Part shown: positions 1 to 10,174 of the stretch, one piece after another | Numbering within the stretch: the stretch's first letter is position 1 | Layout: each line of letters begins with the position of its first letter | IMG/VR virus record: IMGVR_UViG_3300024269_004845 | Source of the DNA: a virus | Taxonomy: Duplodnaviria; Caudoviricetes | Length of the DNA: 64,000 nt | Direction: 5' to 3' (one strand) | Position numbers and translations under genes: made by a program | The notes under the pieces: model-generated | Told to the model about the DNA's origin: nothing | Seen by the model: the letters and a program-made list of their open reading frames with translations, nothing else | Databases searched by the model: none

Positions 1-342
1 ATGTATACTTCTTATTTTGGGAATATTAAAAATTTACCTAAAGACTGTGTTCCAATTAGTATTTCCAGGACATGTCCTAAAGGGATGAAAATTCGTATGT
101 ATGGCAGACTTGCACCGACTGCTGCAATATTACGAGATTATAAAGCTGGTTTTATCACCTGGGATGAGTATGTGGAAAGATATAAGAAAGAGATTCTTTC
201 TAATCTTAATCCATATATTGTGGCAAATGACCTGGGGCAAAATGCTGTCTTGGTATGTTACGAGAAACCTGGAGACCATTGTCATAGACATCTGGTAGCC
301 GAGTGGTTAAGAAATTCAGGAATTGAAATTTCCGAATATTAA
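1..342 (+). CDS. DUF488-family protein
   Basis: MYTSYF start, LAPT motif and C-terminal LVCYEK...CHRHLVAEWL typical of DUF488-like phage proteins. Confidence 0.7.
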   Translation: MYTSYFGNIKNLPKDCVPISISRTCPKGMKIRMYGRLAPTAAILRDYKAGFITWDEYVERYKKEILSNLNPYIVANDLGQNAVLVCYEKPGDHCHRHLVAEWLRNSGIEISEY

Positions 343-373
343 AAAAAATCCGCTCATTTAGAGCGGATTTTTT
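342..373. terminator. bidirectional intrinsic terminator
   Basis: A-tract-TCCGCTC-attta-GAGCGGA-T-tract between convergent genes. Confidence 0.8.
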
Positions 374-899
374 ATTTAAAAATGTCGTTGATAACGATTA
401 TTTCTTTGCCGCTTTTTCGTGCATAATCAATACAATTTTTGGTACCCCCTGTGGTACCGTTCCAAACAGCAATTACAACATCTGCATTATCTACCATATA
501 AATATTTCTTAATTGTAATTTTTGCGGGGAATATGTTTTTTGTGGTAAATATTTATTGTATTGAGAAATTGTATCAACATAGGTGACCTTATCTGCTTTG
601 TCGAGATGTTCAAAATGACGATTTTGTTGTTCTTTAGTCCATTTCGTATATTGATATTCGAATGGGATTGCTAATTCTACAGTTATGTCATATCCCTGTG
701 ATTTTAGTTTTTGAAGGACCATAAAGGCTATCTGGTCAACTCCTAATGCGCCGCCGCAAAGAAAGTGATTGGCACCTTTATTTATTAGTTTTATAATTTC
801 TTTTCTAAGTTCTTTGCCTAATGCAATATTTTCGGGGGAATAGTAATAATATCCTCCTGGTAATTTAGAGGGTCTATGCCCTGTAAAACATACTTTCAT
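372..899 (-). CDS. SLOG superfamily protein, YspA/DUF1273-like
   Basis: CFTGHRP, GGALGVD, RNIYMVDNAD, GGTKNCIDYA motifs. Confidence 0.85.
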   Translation of the reverse strand: MKVCFTGHRPSKLPGGYYYYSPENIALGKELRKEIIKLINKGANHFLCGGALGVDQIAFMVLQKLKSQGYDITVELAIPFEYQYTKWTKEQQNRHFEHLDKADKVTYVDTISQYNKYLPQKTYSPQKLQLRNIYMVDNADVVIAVWNGTTGGTKNCIDYARKSGKEIIVINDIFK

Positions 900-1225
900 C
901 TCAAGATGCCTCTCTCATTATAACTTTTCATAAACAAACGACGGGAAAAACCACCATTCTTTTTTCGCTTCTTTGCTGCAGCTGTTTGTACATCTGATAA
1001 GGTTAGACCTTTAGAGATGAGAAGAGTAGTAAAAACTTCATAAATATCTGCTAATTCTTCTAAATTATCATCCTTTTCGAATTCTAATACTTCTTCTTTT
1101 AGTTTTTCAATTAATGCCTTGTAAAAATCGTTGTCATTTAGAACTTCAACTTCACAGGTTCCGTTTTTTTCCTTTATGATATCAGGAATATTATCTCTTA
1201 CTAATTTGTTTGTAATATGAATCAT
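896..1225 (-). CDS. MazG-like nucleoside triphosphate pyrophosphohydrolase
   Basis: KLVRDNIP, KLKEEVLE, EELADIYEV, KRKKNGGF. Confidence 0.8.
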   Translation of the reverse strand: MIHITNKLVRDNIPDIIKEKNGTCEVEVLNDNDFYKALIEKLKEEVLEFEKDDNLEELADIYEVFTTLLISKGLTLSDVQTAAAKKRKKNGGFSRRLFMKSYNERGILR

Positions 1226-1361
1226 ATATATTCCAACTCCTTTTGTGTCTTTTATATATTATAACATATTTTATTCCAAAAGTAAAACATATCTAGAAAA
1301 GATTTTGTATATAATTATAATAAGTTTATCAACTATGGCAGGAATTTAAGGAGGTATAAAA

Positions 1362-2045
1362 ATGCAAGCAGTATATACTATGGAAAATGGCGTAAAGCTG
1401 ACTACTTTTCTTTGGACAGATTTGCGCGAGGGTAGTGATTGGCGGAAAGAAATCGAAGTTCAGCGAATCAGACATAATAAACCTGGCAAGTCATTTAAAA
1501 AGAAAATCTTTAAGGATTCACATGATATATATTTTGTCTGGGATGGCAAAAAGGTTTATATTAATGACTACGACTACATGCCCGTTTCTGAAATGGTTAA
1601 GTATATCGAGGAACAGCGAATTGAGCGTAGTGGCTGGTTCGAAGACAAGCTCTTTGCTACGATGATGCGAGACACGACAAATTTCGGTATAATTTTTGAG
1701 CTTCCCGTTTATGAAATGGTGATGCCCGCTATTGGCATTGCATTTACTGGGGATAAGGAAGTTAAGGCACTTTGCGTGCCAACCGAAAAACACTATTCCA
1801 AGACATCTTGGGGGTACAAATTCACAATCGAAACTGAAAATAAAGATTATCGAAAAGCTATTTCTAGTCGAGATATGTATTTTTCTGATTTCGCTTCGAT
1901 GGTGTTAAGTGGTCATGCTGATATCGTTGTTAAAGATGACTTTATTGAGGAGCAGCGAAAAATTGCCTCTTACAAACCTACTATCACAGAAAAAATCAAA
2001 AAATTCTTCTGTAAAAAAGAAGAAAAAGAGATGATTTACTGCTAA
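1362..2045 (+). CDS. hypothetical protein
   Basis: 227 aa ORF, GGAGG SD, followed by terminator hairpin. Confidence 0.75.
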   Translation: MQAVYTMENGVKLTTFLWTDLREGSDWRKEIEVQRIRHNKPGKSFKKKIFKDSHDIYFVWDGKKVYINDYDYMPVSEMVKYIEEQRIERSGWFEDKLFATMMRDTTNFGIIFELPVYEMVMPAIGIAFTGDKEVKALCVPTEKHYSKTSWGYKFTIETENKDYRKAISSRDMYFSDFASMVLSGHADIVVKDDFIEEQRKIASYKPTITEKIKKFFCKKEEKEMIYC

Positions 2046-2175
2046 AAATTAGAGCACATTGAAAAATGTGCTCTTTTTATTTTGTTGTTATTTTCTATTT
2101 ACAAAAGATTAAAAATATGTTATAATATTTATATAAATATTGCCGTTGGGCAGCAAAAACAGAAAGGGAACTGTT

Positions 2176-2940
2176 ATGTCTAAGTTCGTTATTCAATGTG
2201 AAAATATAAACGGGAATTTGGTTCCAATGTTTGATTTTGGATTTGAATTAATTCAGGCCATAAAATATCAAAACTGGTTTCGGAGAGAAAATCTACATGA
2301 GTTTGTTTTAGTAAGTAAAGATGATGATATTTATAAAGATTATATTCCTATTGGTTCGGTAGAATTTGTTACTGGCCATATGAAAAAATATCACGGGGTT
2401 GAAGCAGTTAAGCCTTTAAATATCCCCGAAGAATTATATCCATTTGCTAAAAGAATGGTTACTAGAGTAGAAAGGTCTGAAATTTGGAAGCTGTTATTTA
2501 AATACGAAAACCTTTTTATAAAAGATGATGACAAAATTAAAGGATTTTCTGACATTTGTAATTGTCATACAAATTTGCCTGTTTGCAATTATCTTGTTTC
2601 TGAGTTAATTAATATCAAATCTGAATGGCGTTGTTTTGTAAGAAATGGTGAATTGCTAGATATTAAATGTTATAGTGGAGAATTTGATGTTCTCCCTGAC
2701 ATTGCGGAAATAAAAAGAATGATTGAGGCATACAAAAGCGCTCCTCCTTCTTACACAATTGATGTTGCTATTACGGATGATAATCAAACAGTTATCATTG
2801 AATGTCATAATTTCTTTAGTTGTGGATTATATGGGTTTAATGACTATAGATATATGATTGATATGTTTATCAAAGCATATAATTGGCAACTCTCTCAAAT
2901 AGGGTCTAAAGACTCTAAAAACGTTCTAGAAGATGTTTAA
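2176..2940 (+). CDS. ATP-grasp domain protein (R2K/DUF4343-like)
   Basis: IPIGSVEF, SEWRCFV, YTIDVA, IIECHNFFSCGLYG; start moved to ATG 2176 after SD. Confidence 0.75.
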   Translation: MSKFVIQCENINGNLVPMFDFGFELIQAIKYQNWFRRENLHEFVLVSKDDDIYKDYIPIGSVEFVTGHMKKYHGVEAVKPLNIPEELYPFAKRMVTRVERSEIWKLLFKYENLFIKDDDKIKGFSDICNCHTNLPVCNYLVSELINIKSEWRCFVRNGELLDIKCYSGEFDVLPDIAEIKRMIEAYKSAPPSYTIDVAITDDNQTVIIECHNFFSCGLYGFNDYRYMIDMFIKAYNWQLSQIGSKDSKNVLEDV

Positions 2941-3117
2941 TCACACTTCTAGGGTATCTATAACATAATAGGATTTTCGTTATTGGAGAGGTAATTGCGA
3001 CAAAAATATTGCAACCTGTAGCTAGGTTGCAATATTTTATATCTTTGAGTTTTATATTTAATAAAAAAAATGTAAAATATTATTAAGTATTATAAATACA
3101 ACAAGGGAGGAAAAGTA

Positions 3118-3570
3118 ATGGAAAATATTTGGAAAGAACTTAGCACCAACCCTGAAGTTATTATTTCCATTCGCCTTTTTGTTGCCTGTTTGATTGGTAC
3201 ACTTATTGGCTTGGAGAGAAAACATGTTAAGGGCGACCCCGCAATTTTGCGTATGTACATTTTTATTTGCGTAGGTGCTGCTTTGGTATCCGCTGTCGGT
3301 GAGTGGCTATCTGCAGATTGGAGTAGTGACCCTGCTCGAATTGCTGCTCAGGTTATTGGCAGTATTGGTTTTTTGGGCATGGGCGTCATTTTTAGACATG
3401 GCCCTAACATCAGTGGTTTAACCACCGCTTCGTCTCTTTGGGTAACTGGTTGCATCGGCATTGCTATTGGCCTCGGAGCCTACATACTCGGCATTGTCGG
3501 AGCGGTCATTATTCTTGGAACACTGTTAATCGTAAAAGATAAACCTCATGACGACAAAAACGTGGATTAA
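3118..3570 (+). CDS. MgtC/SapB family membrane protein
   Basis: IGLER, DPARIAAQV, IGFLGMGVI, GLTTASSLW. Confidence 0.9.
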   Translation: MENIWKELSTNPEVIISIRLFVACLIGTLIGLERKHVKGDPAILRMYIFICVGAALVSAVGEWLSADWSSDPARIAAQVIGSIGFLGMGVIFRHGPNISGLTTASSLWVTGCIGIAIGLGAYILGIVGAVIILGTLLIVKDKPHDDKNVD

Positions 3571-3658
3571 TCATCCACGTTTTTTCTTTTTGCTCTTGAC
3601 TTTTTGCGTCATTATGTGTTATAATATAGTTATAAAAATATGTCTGGAGGTATATTCA

Positions 3659-4066
3659 TTGAAAGAAAATGAAAATTTATACTTCTATCAGAAATTTGTT
3701 GTAATACTTGGATATATACTTTTCGCCACAGAATGGCCTTGGTTTGCATTATTTATGTTTTTATTTATTCGGGATGAATTTATACGAATGCATATTAATA
3801 GACTTTTGTTTTGTGGAATTTTAAATACGTTTGTTTTTCTTATGGATTATTTTGATAAGACTATTCCATATTTTTCTATAAATACTTTTATTTTGATTAC
3901 TTTATTAATCGGGATGATACAAGTACTATTTTCAAGCAAACATCAAATTTTGTTATTAGATAAAATTCCTTTGATGGGATTTTGTGAGGGGAAAAAGGTC
4001 GGAATTATAATTCCTCTCGTCACATTCGTTGTGACAATTATAATTAGTTGTTTAGTGAGGTGCTAA
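3659..4066 (+). CDS. hypothetical membrane protein
   Basis: hydrophobic ORF; TTG start 3659 after GGAGG and a TTGACT-17-TATAAT promoter. Confidence 0.6.
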   Translation: MKENENLYFYQKFVVILGYILFATEWPWFALFMFLFIRDEFIRMHINRLLFCGILNTFVFLMDYFDKTIPYFSINTFILITLLIGMIQVLFSSKHQILLLDKIPLMGFCEGKKVGIIIPLVTFVVTIIISCLVRC

Positions 4067-4067
4067 T

Positions 4068-4493
4068 ATGTTAAGCAAACCTTTTGCTGGTTGGACATCT
4101 TTTAGCATAAAAGACTTTTCTTTTACTGCTAGTTATCTAACCGATGTCCCTAATGATTTTGTAAAAGCACTATCTCTAGCCCTAAGAGATGATATTTCTA
4201 CTGTCGTTGTTCTTGACGGAGAGGGAGAAGGAGATTGCGAAATTATGTTTAATACGTATCATGATACTGTATCCGCTGTCCATTTTGTACCTGGTTCCGA
4301 TATCAAGGTAGAAACGGTGTTCTGGGATATGGATATTTTAATGTGTGCAAAAGAATTTGTTAATGATATTGAAGAGAATTATTCTGATTGGCGTAACTGG
4401 GGTTATGACGATGAACCTTGCGAGGTTGATTTAGCTGAACTAAAAGAATTGATTAAAAACAAAGAAAAAAAGAGAGCCTCTTACATAGTGTAA
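4068..4493 (+). CDS. hypothetical phage-type protein
   Basis: SD GAGG, KPFAGW...ASYLTDVP N-terminus, acidic. Confidence 0.7.
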   Translation: MLSKPFAGWTSFSIKDFSFTASYLTDVPNDFVKALSLALRDDISTVVVLDGEGEGDCEIMFNTYHDTVSAVHFVPGSDIKVETVFWDMDILMCAKEFVNDIEENYSDWRNWGYDDEPCEVDLAELKELIKNKEKKRASYIV

Positions 4494-4506
4494 GGGGCTC
4501 TTGCTT

Positions 4507-5256
4507 TTAATAAAAGATTTCTACTTCATAATTTTTAGAAGATTGGAAGATTTCAGGTCTCTCATAAACGGGGTCAAGTACTTTGTATCTATCTTTAAAA
4601 AGAACTTCTACCCACGCAGTAGGTGCTTCACAATCTTTGTGGTTTCCTATCATGAGTTTTGCAGGCACATTGAAATGTCTTAATAAAACAACTGTGCTTA
4701 AAGCATAATCGTATGAAGAACCTGTACCAGATACGAAAGTTTCATCGATATTTGTATTTATTTCATACTGGTCTTTTACAAAATCATAAGATAAGGATTC
4801 TACAACAAAATTATAGATTGTAGAAATTTTTTCCTCATCTGACATGTCTTTGGTTATAAGCTTTGAAACCTTTTTAATGGTTTCTTGTGCATTAACATTA
4901 TTAACAATAATATTGTTTGATAAGAAAGGATTTGAGTTGTTAGAAATATCTACTTTCTTAAATCCTACCTTCTTAAAGATATTTGCCTTTACATTTTCAA
5001 AAATAGTGAATTGATATTCACCATTTCCAAACTGTAAAGGAATATAATTATCTCCTTCTTCTAAATTATATGTATATGTTTTGTCTTCGAAAACTACTTT
5101 TACCTTTGTGGTTTCAGTAGCATCTTTTATTCTAATTAAATAGCTGCCTGTGTTATCTTCTGGATGGGCAGACGAAATACTTAGAGCATTTGCATTGACG
5201 GTAAAAATTCCAAAAACAAAAACGGACAATAGCATTATTGAAATTAGTTTTTTCAT
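4507..5256 (-). CDS. secreted transglutaminase-like protein, catalytic Cys and His substituted
   Basis: signal peptide; IYNFVV..LSYD, GSSYDYA (normally GxCxDYA), TAWVEV (normally HAW), LDP. Confidence 0.7.
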   Translation of the reverse strand: MKKLISIMLLSVFVFGIFTVNANALSISSAHPEDNTGSYLIRIKDATETTKVKVVFEDKTYTYNLEEGDNYIPLQFGNGEYQFTIFENVKANIFKKVGFKKVDISNNSNPFLSNNIIVNNVNAQETIKKVSKLITKDMSDEEKISTIYNFVVESLSYDFVKDQYEINTNIDETFVSGTGSSYDYALSTVVLLRHFNVPAKLMIGNHKDCEAPTAWVEVLFKDRYKVLDPVYERPEIFQSSKNYEVEIFY

Positions 5257-5455
5257 TTTTTGTCGCTCCTTTCTAAGTTCTAAGTATAATTCATATTATA
5301 TGCTTTTAAAATAAGTTATATTCGATATTACACTTTAACGTCTTTTATTGATACATAGTTATAATTTATTGTAAAATATTAATAAAAAGGTTGATTTTTT
5401 GACCGATTTATGTTATACTATAAGTGGAAATCAGACTAAAAGAGAGGTTATAATT

Positions 5456-5677
5456 TTGTTAAAAATCGTAGTAGAAAAAGAAAATGAAACTATTAATGTA
5501 CTTCTTTTAAAGCATAAAAATACTAGTTTTTATAGTTATATAAATATCACAAAAGGGCATATTTGTCAATGTGTTTTTAGTTCTATAGAAGAAGCTTTAG
5601 AAGATATAGAAGACAGAAAAAGAAAGAAATTATTAGTAGATTACCATATAGTAGAAACTTTTGACAGAATATTTTAA
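5456..5677 (+). CDS. hypothetical protein
   Basis: TTG start after GAGG; GHICQCVF motif. Confidence 0.55.
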   Translation: MLKIVVEKENETINVLLLKHKNTSFYSYINITKGHICQCVFSSIEEALEDIEDRKRKKLLVDYHIVETFDRIF

Positions 5678-5692
5678 AAAGGAGACATGTAA

Positions 5693-7090
5693 GTGAAGAT
5701 TGTTGCTATTGTTGGTGGCGGAATTAGTGGTCTAATGGCTGCTTATGAATTAGTCACTAAGTCTGATGACATTAAGGTTGTCATTTTGGAAAAGGGTAAT
5801 TCTATTAGAAATAGAAAGTGTCCTATTTTAAATAAAACTACTACCAAATGTGTTAAGTGCAAGCATTGTGCAATTATGGAAGGTATGGCTGGTGCTGGAG
5901 CATTTAGTGATGGTAAGTATAATATTACTACAGAATTTGGTGGATGGCTTCAGGATATTCGAGATAAGGATGAAGTAATTAATTACATTGAAAGAGCCGA
6001 TGATATCCTTGTTAAGTTTGGAGCTACTACTGACAGATTCATGCCCAGTAATGAGCTGAAGAAGCTGTGTGTTCAACATGATTTACATATGTTACAGTCT
6101 CAGTGTAAGCATCTTGGAACTGACGCTAATTTTGAGACTATGGCAAATATGATTGATTTCTTAGACAATCATCCTAACGTTAATATTTTCACTAATTATG
6201 AAGTAGTCAATGTTGCAGATGCAGATAATAATTCCGATGGGAAAGTTATTCTTTGTAATCACCATGGAGAACCTAAGACTTTTTATTCTGATTATGTTAT
6301 TTTTGCAGTTGGTCGTGTAGGAAGTGGATTCTTTACAGATTGGTGCAATACCAATGGTGTAAAAATGAGAAATAACCAAGTTGATATTGGTGTTAGAGTA
6401 GAGCTTCCTTCTGTTGTTTGGGAAGATTTTGAAAAGAAAATTTATGAACCTAAAATTCTTTATACTACTAAAAAATATGGAGATGTTACTAGAATGTTCT
6501 GTTTTAATGGCAGAGGAGAGGTTGTCACTGAAAACACCAATGGAGTGCTAACTGTTAATGGTCATGCTTATAAGTCGGAAGAGAAAAAGACAGAAAATAC
6601 TAACTTTGCTCTTCTATCTACTACGAATTTTACTCAGCCTTTTAATCAGCCTATTGAATATGCTCGACATGTAGCCTCTCTGGCAAATATGATTAGCGGA
6701 GGAGGAGTTCTTGTTCAGAGACTTGGTGACCTTGAGGCAGGCCGTCGTACCGACGAAAATCGTTTAAGAAAGTCTCGAGTTCGTCCTACTCTTAAAGGTG
6801 CTGTTCCTGGTGACTTAAGCCTTTGTATTCCTAAGCGTCAGCTAGATAACATTGTAGAAACTCTACATGCTTTGGATAAGATTGCTCCTGGCACGGCTAA
6901 CTATGATACTTTGCTATATGGTATTGAGTGTAAGTATTATAGTGCTCGTCCAGAAACCAGTGATGAGTTTGAAATTACCAATAAGCCTGGATATTTTGCT
7001 GTTGGAGATGGTGCTGGATTTACTAGAAGTCTTGCTCAGGCGGCGGCTCAGGGACTAATGGTCGCTGATACAATTCTAAAGGATTGGTAA
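5693..7090 (+). CDS. FAD/NAD(P)-dependent oxidoreductase (COG2509-like)
   Basis: IVGGGISG, GAGAFSDGK, DIGVRVE, AVGDGAG. Confidence 0.9.
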   Translation: MKIVAIVGGGISGLMAAYELVTKSDDIKVVILEKGNSIRNRKCPILNKTTTKCVKCKHCAIMEGMAGAGAFSDGKYNITTEFGGWLQDIRDKDEVINYIERADDILVKFGATTDRFMPSNELKKLCVQHDLHMLQSQCKHLGTDANFETMANMIDFLDNHPNVNIFTNYEVVNVADADNNSDGKVILCNHHGEPKTFYSDYVIFAVGRVGSGFFTDWCNTNGVKMRNNQVDIGVRVELPSVVWEDFEKKIYEPKILYTTKKYGDVTRMFCFNGRGEVVTENTNGVLTVNGHAYKSEEKKTENTNFALLSTTNFTQPFNQPIEYARHVASLANMISGGGVLVQRLGDLEAGRRTDENRLRKSRVRPTLKGAVPGDLSLCIPKRQLDNIVETLHALDKIAPGTANYDTLLYGIECKYYSARPETSDEFEITNKPGYFAVGDGAGFTRSLAQAAAQGLMVADTILKDW

Positions 7091-7244
7091 TATTTACCTA
7101 TAAAATTCATTCTACATAATACGATATAAAAACATCTATCCTAGGTTATAGGATAGATGTTTTTATTTGAATAAATTTTCGAGTTTTCTTTACATTTTTA
7201 TGATAATATGTTATAATAAAAAAGAATAGAAATGAGGTGAACTA

Positions 7245-7928
7245 ATGCTTAAATTTTTGGGAAATGGTAGTGGATTTACGCCATATCATAATAATTGTTA
7301 TTTTACGAAAGATGAAAATTTAACTTTTATCGATTTAAGTATGTTAAATATAGAAAAGGCTCTTACTATTCAAAATGAATATAAAAACGTATCAGTGCTT
7401 ATAACTCATATGCATGATGACCATGTAAGCGGTATTGGATTGTTTGCGCAGTATTTGTTTTATGTTTATAAAAAGAAATTAACAATTCTAATCCCCAGTG
7501 CTTTGCTTTCGGATATTATGGAAGAACTAAAAATAAAGGGTATATCAAACAACATTGTCAATATCATTATTATTAATGATGGTTACGATTTTGTTGAAAA
7601 AGTTATTGCTACTTCTCATACTTCTGAATTATCTGGAAAGTGTTTTGGATATAAATTAAATATTGACAATAAAAAAATTGTTTATACTGGCGATACAAAT
7701 CGAATAAATGACTTTATTTCTTATTTAAATGATGTAGACGAATTTTATATTGACGTTTCTTATAGTTATGGCGGGGTTCATTTGAAATGGGATGATATCA
7801 AAGAAACATTGATTGATATTGCTAAAACTTGTGATGTTTATATTATGCATATGGATAATATAAACGCTTTTAAGATGTTGAAATTAGAAGATAAAAACAT
7901 AAAATTAGTCGGAAGGGTTATGATTTAA
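7245..7928 (+). CDS. metallo-beta-lactamase fold hydrolase, RNase Z/BN-like
   Basis: FLGNGSGF, ITHMHDDH, YTGDT, GVHL, YIMH. Confidence 0.75.
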   Translation: MLKFLGNGSGFTPYHNNCYFTKDENLTFIDLSMLNIEKALTIQNEYKNVSVLITHMHDDHVSGIGLFAQYLFYVYKKKLTILIPSALLSDIMEELKIKGISNNIVNIIIINDGYDFVEKVIATSHTSELSGKCFGYKLNIDNKKIVYTGDTNRINDFISYLNDVDEFYIDVSYSYGGVHLKWDDIKETLIDIAKTCDVYIMHMDNINAFKMLKLEDKNIKLVGRVMI

Positions 7929-8240
7929 ATGCATGTTAAACAATTTGATTTTCCTACTTTTAATGAATGGATAAGTATGGAAAGAAAATTTAAATTGAAA
8001 TTGGGAGAATATTATTGTTCTTGTGATATATTCTCTTGGTCTGGGGATACTACAACATTTATGTTTGCTGTTTCCCCTGATGAAATTCCGTCTAATATTT
8101 ATTCTGAAACTATTTTTAAGAGGGTTTTTGAATATAATTATAAAGACCCAAAATCTAATTTGCACAAATGGTATCTTGATACAATTCAAGAATTTCAAGA
8201 TTTTTGGGTAGATTATATAATGGCTACCTATTTTGAATAA
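7929..8240 (+). CDS. hypothetical protein
   Basis: abuts previous gene, 103 aa. Confidence 0.6.
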   Translation: MHVKQFDFPTFNEWISMERKFKLKLGEYYCSCDIFSWSGDTTTFMFAVSPDEIPSNIYSETIFKRVFEYNYKDPKSNLHKWYLDTIQEFQDFWVDYIMATYFE

Positions 8241-8322
8241 AAAGCAATGCTGAAAGGAGCAACACTATGGATAAGATGTGGGATGATTACTAGTTATCTT
8301 AAATAAAAGGAGGACTAGTAAA

Positions 8323-8976
8323 ATGTTCAAAATTGAAAACAAAAGTGAGATTATTTATCTCTATAGCGTATCCAGAGGTGGTTGGATTTATAAATTTCCA
8401 AGCATCCTCGATGTATTAAAATTTCTTGCAGCGGGAACTCATAGAGAGTGGTTCCAGAACATTGACCACAATCAGTATCTCGATGATATTAATATGGGCA
8501 ATGATATGAGAGTATATCGTGAGCCTCATTCTTATCAGATTGGTAATACTGGTGAATGGGGATATGAATATAGAGAAACTTGGGTTCCTCGTGATTACAT
8601 TTTCTTTGATGGGTTTGGCAGATATATTGATTTTAGAATTTATAAAAAAGAAATTCAAAAATTAAAAGATGCTGGAGACATCAAATATAAAGTAATTAGG
8701 GTTCCTAAAAAGAAAAGAAATAAATGGTTTTTCTATGATAATAAACCTGAGTTCAGAAATGGGCCTGTTCCTGGCACTGGACATCATAGTGGTTATCGTT
8801 GGCTTCGTCATATTAGAACAACTAATGAAAGAAGACAAAATGCTGACCCTGAAATTTATGAATATATTAGACCTGCAAGAAGAAGTAATGCTTTACCTAA
8901 TCTTTATGACGATATTCCCAGACATTACTCTAAGTCTTGGAAGGATTGCACAAAGAAAAGAAAACAGTGGATGTAA
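8323..8976 (+). CDS. hypothetical phage-type basic protein
   Basis: GGAGG SD; FRNGPVPGTG and KSWK...KRKQW motifs. Confidence 0.7.
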   Translation: MFKIENKSEIIYLYSVSRGGWIYKFPSILDVLKFLAAGTHREWFQNIDHNQYLDDINMGNDMRVYREPHSYQIGNTGEWGYEYRETWVPRDYIFFDGFGRYIDFRIYKKEIQKLKDAGDIKYKVIRVPKKKRNKWFFYDNKPEFRNGPVPGTGHHSGYRWLRHIRTTNERRQNADPEIYEYIRPARRSNALPNLYDDIPRHYSKSWKDCTKKRKQWM

Positions 8977-9075
8977 ATAATACAAGACGACTTAGAATTT
9001 CTAAGTCGTCTTTTTTCGCAAAGGCAAAAAGAAAAGAGACTTCTTAAGAAGTCTCTTTCGTATGTTCTTTTCTGC

Positions 9076-9525
9076 TTAGAAAGGAAGGTCTTCATCATCC
9101 TCATCGTCTGCAGGGGCGCTATAAGCAGCAGGAGCAGTGTCCTCTGCAGCAGCAGACGTTGCAGGAGCAGCCTCAGCAGGTGTCTCTGCGGTCTCTGTAG
9201 TCTTTGCTTCACCGTCAGCCTTCTTCTTAGGAGAAGAAAGAAACTCAACAGTGTTTGCATTGACTACAAGCTCGTCAATCTTGTCTCCACTCTTTGTAGT
9301 GCGAGGATTGGTCTTGAGCTTACCGTTGATGTTGACCTTGCTGCCAGGAACGACATACTTGTCGACAATCTCAGCCAGCTTGTCATACACATGCACCGTG
9401 ATATAAGTCTTCTGGTCGTTCTGTTCTGTGGAAACCACACGAAGGACCATAAACGGCTTCTTACCGTCAGACTTGAAAAGCTTCTTAGAAACTACGCCTA
9501 CATTACCCAAAATAACAGTGTTCAT
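9076..9525 (-). CDS. ssb: single-stranded DNA-binding protein
   Basis: MNTVILGN OB-fold start, acidic tail DDEDDEDLPF. Confidence 0.9.
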   Translation of the reverse strand: MNTVILGNVGVVSKKLFKSDGKKPFMVLRVVSTEQNDQKTYITVHVYDKLAEIVDKYVVPGSKVNINGKLKTNPRTTKSGDKIDELVVNANTVEFLSSPKKKADGEAKTTETAETPAEAAPATSAAAEDTAPAAYSAPADDEDDEDLPF

Positions 9526-9594
9526 AATAAACCTCCTAAAATTAAAATATTCTTTCCAATTGTTTTTTCTTTGGATATTAAAATTATATTCTTT

Positions 9595-10089
9595 TTACTT
9601 TTTGAATATAACAGCAGAAATAATTTTGCCGTCAAGCTTAGGTTCCTTATCATATGTACAAGGCATACACTTTTTAATAAATCGCTTTACGACTTCTACG
9701 CCTTCATTTGCACGAACAATTTCTCGTCCGCTTAGGAATAAAGAAACCTTTACCTTAGAGCCTTCTTCCATGATTTCGACTGCTTTTTTGGCTTTGTGGT
9801 CCATATCGTGGTCACCAGTGTTGATGCCAATTTTAATTTCCTTTAAACCAGGCTTAGTCTTCGTCTTGGAAGCTTCCTTTTCTTTTTTCTTCTGTTTATA
9901 AATGTATTTGCTGAGTACTTCGAGAATGCAAATACTCGTATCTCCAGATTCACCAATCTGGATAAGGTCCACCTCTTCTTCGGCGGCTCGATTCATAGCT
10001 TCCTTGTAAGATAGCAAATCTTTTTCTCCAGAGATTCGAATTTTCTGATTCTTGATTTCCTCGTTGATTAAATACTGCTTGCTCAAAAT
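9595..10089 (-). CDS. infC: translation initiation factor IF3
   Basis: INEEI, KEIKI...GDHD, KVKVSL..GRE; in-frame ATT at 10089 is 9 nt after GGAG (ATT start is typical of infC), TTG at 10086 is the alternative. Confidence 0.85.
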   Translation of the reverse strand: MLSKQYLINEEIKNQKIRISGEKDLLSYKEAMNRAAEEEVDLIQIGESGDTSICILEVLSKYIYKQKKKEKEASKTKTKPGLKEIKIGINTGDHDMDHKAKKAVEIMEEGSKVKVSLFLSGREIVRANEGVEVVKRFIKKCMPCTYDKEPKLDGKIISAVIFKK

Positions 10090-10174
10090 CGTTTTACACT
10101 CCTATAAAAATTTAAGTTTTTTGTTTTTTTGAACTGTATATATTATAACATAAATACTTTAAAAAATCAAGAGA

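Noticed and set aside
8267-8293. SD-led 8-codon ORF MDKMWDDY
   Set aside because: No associated hairpin or codon bias; cannot be distinguished from a gene remnant
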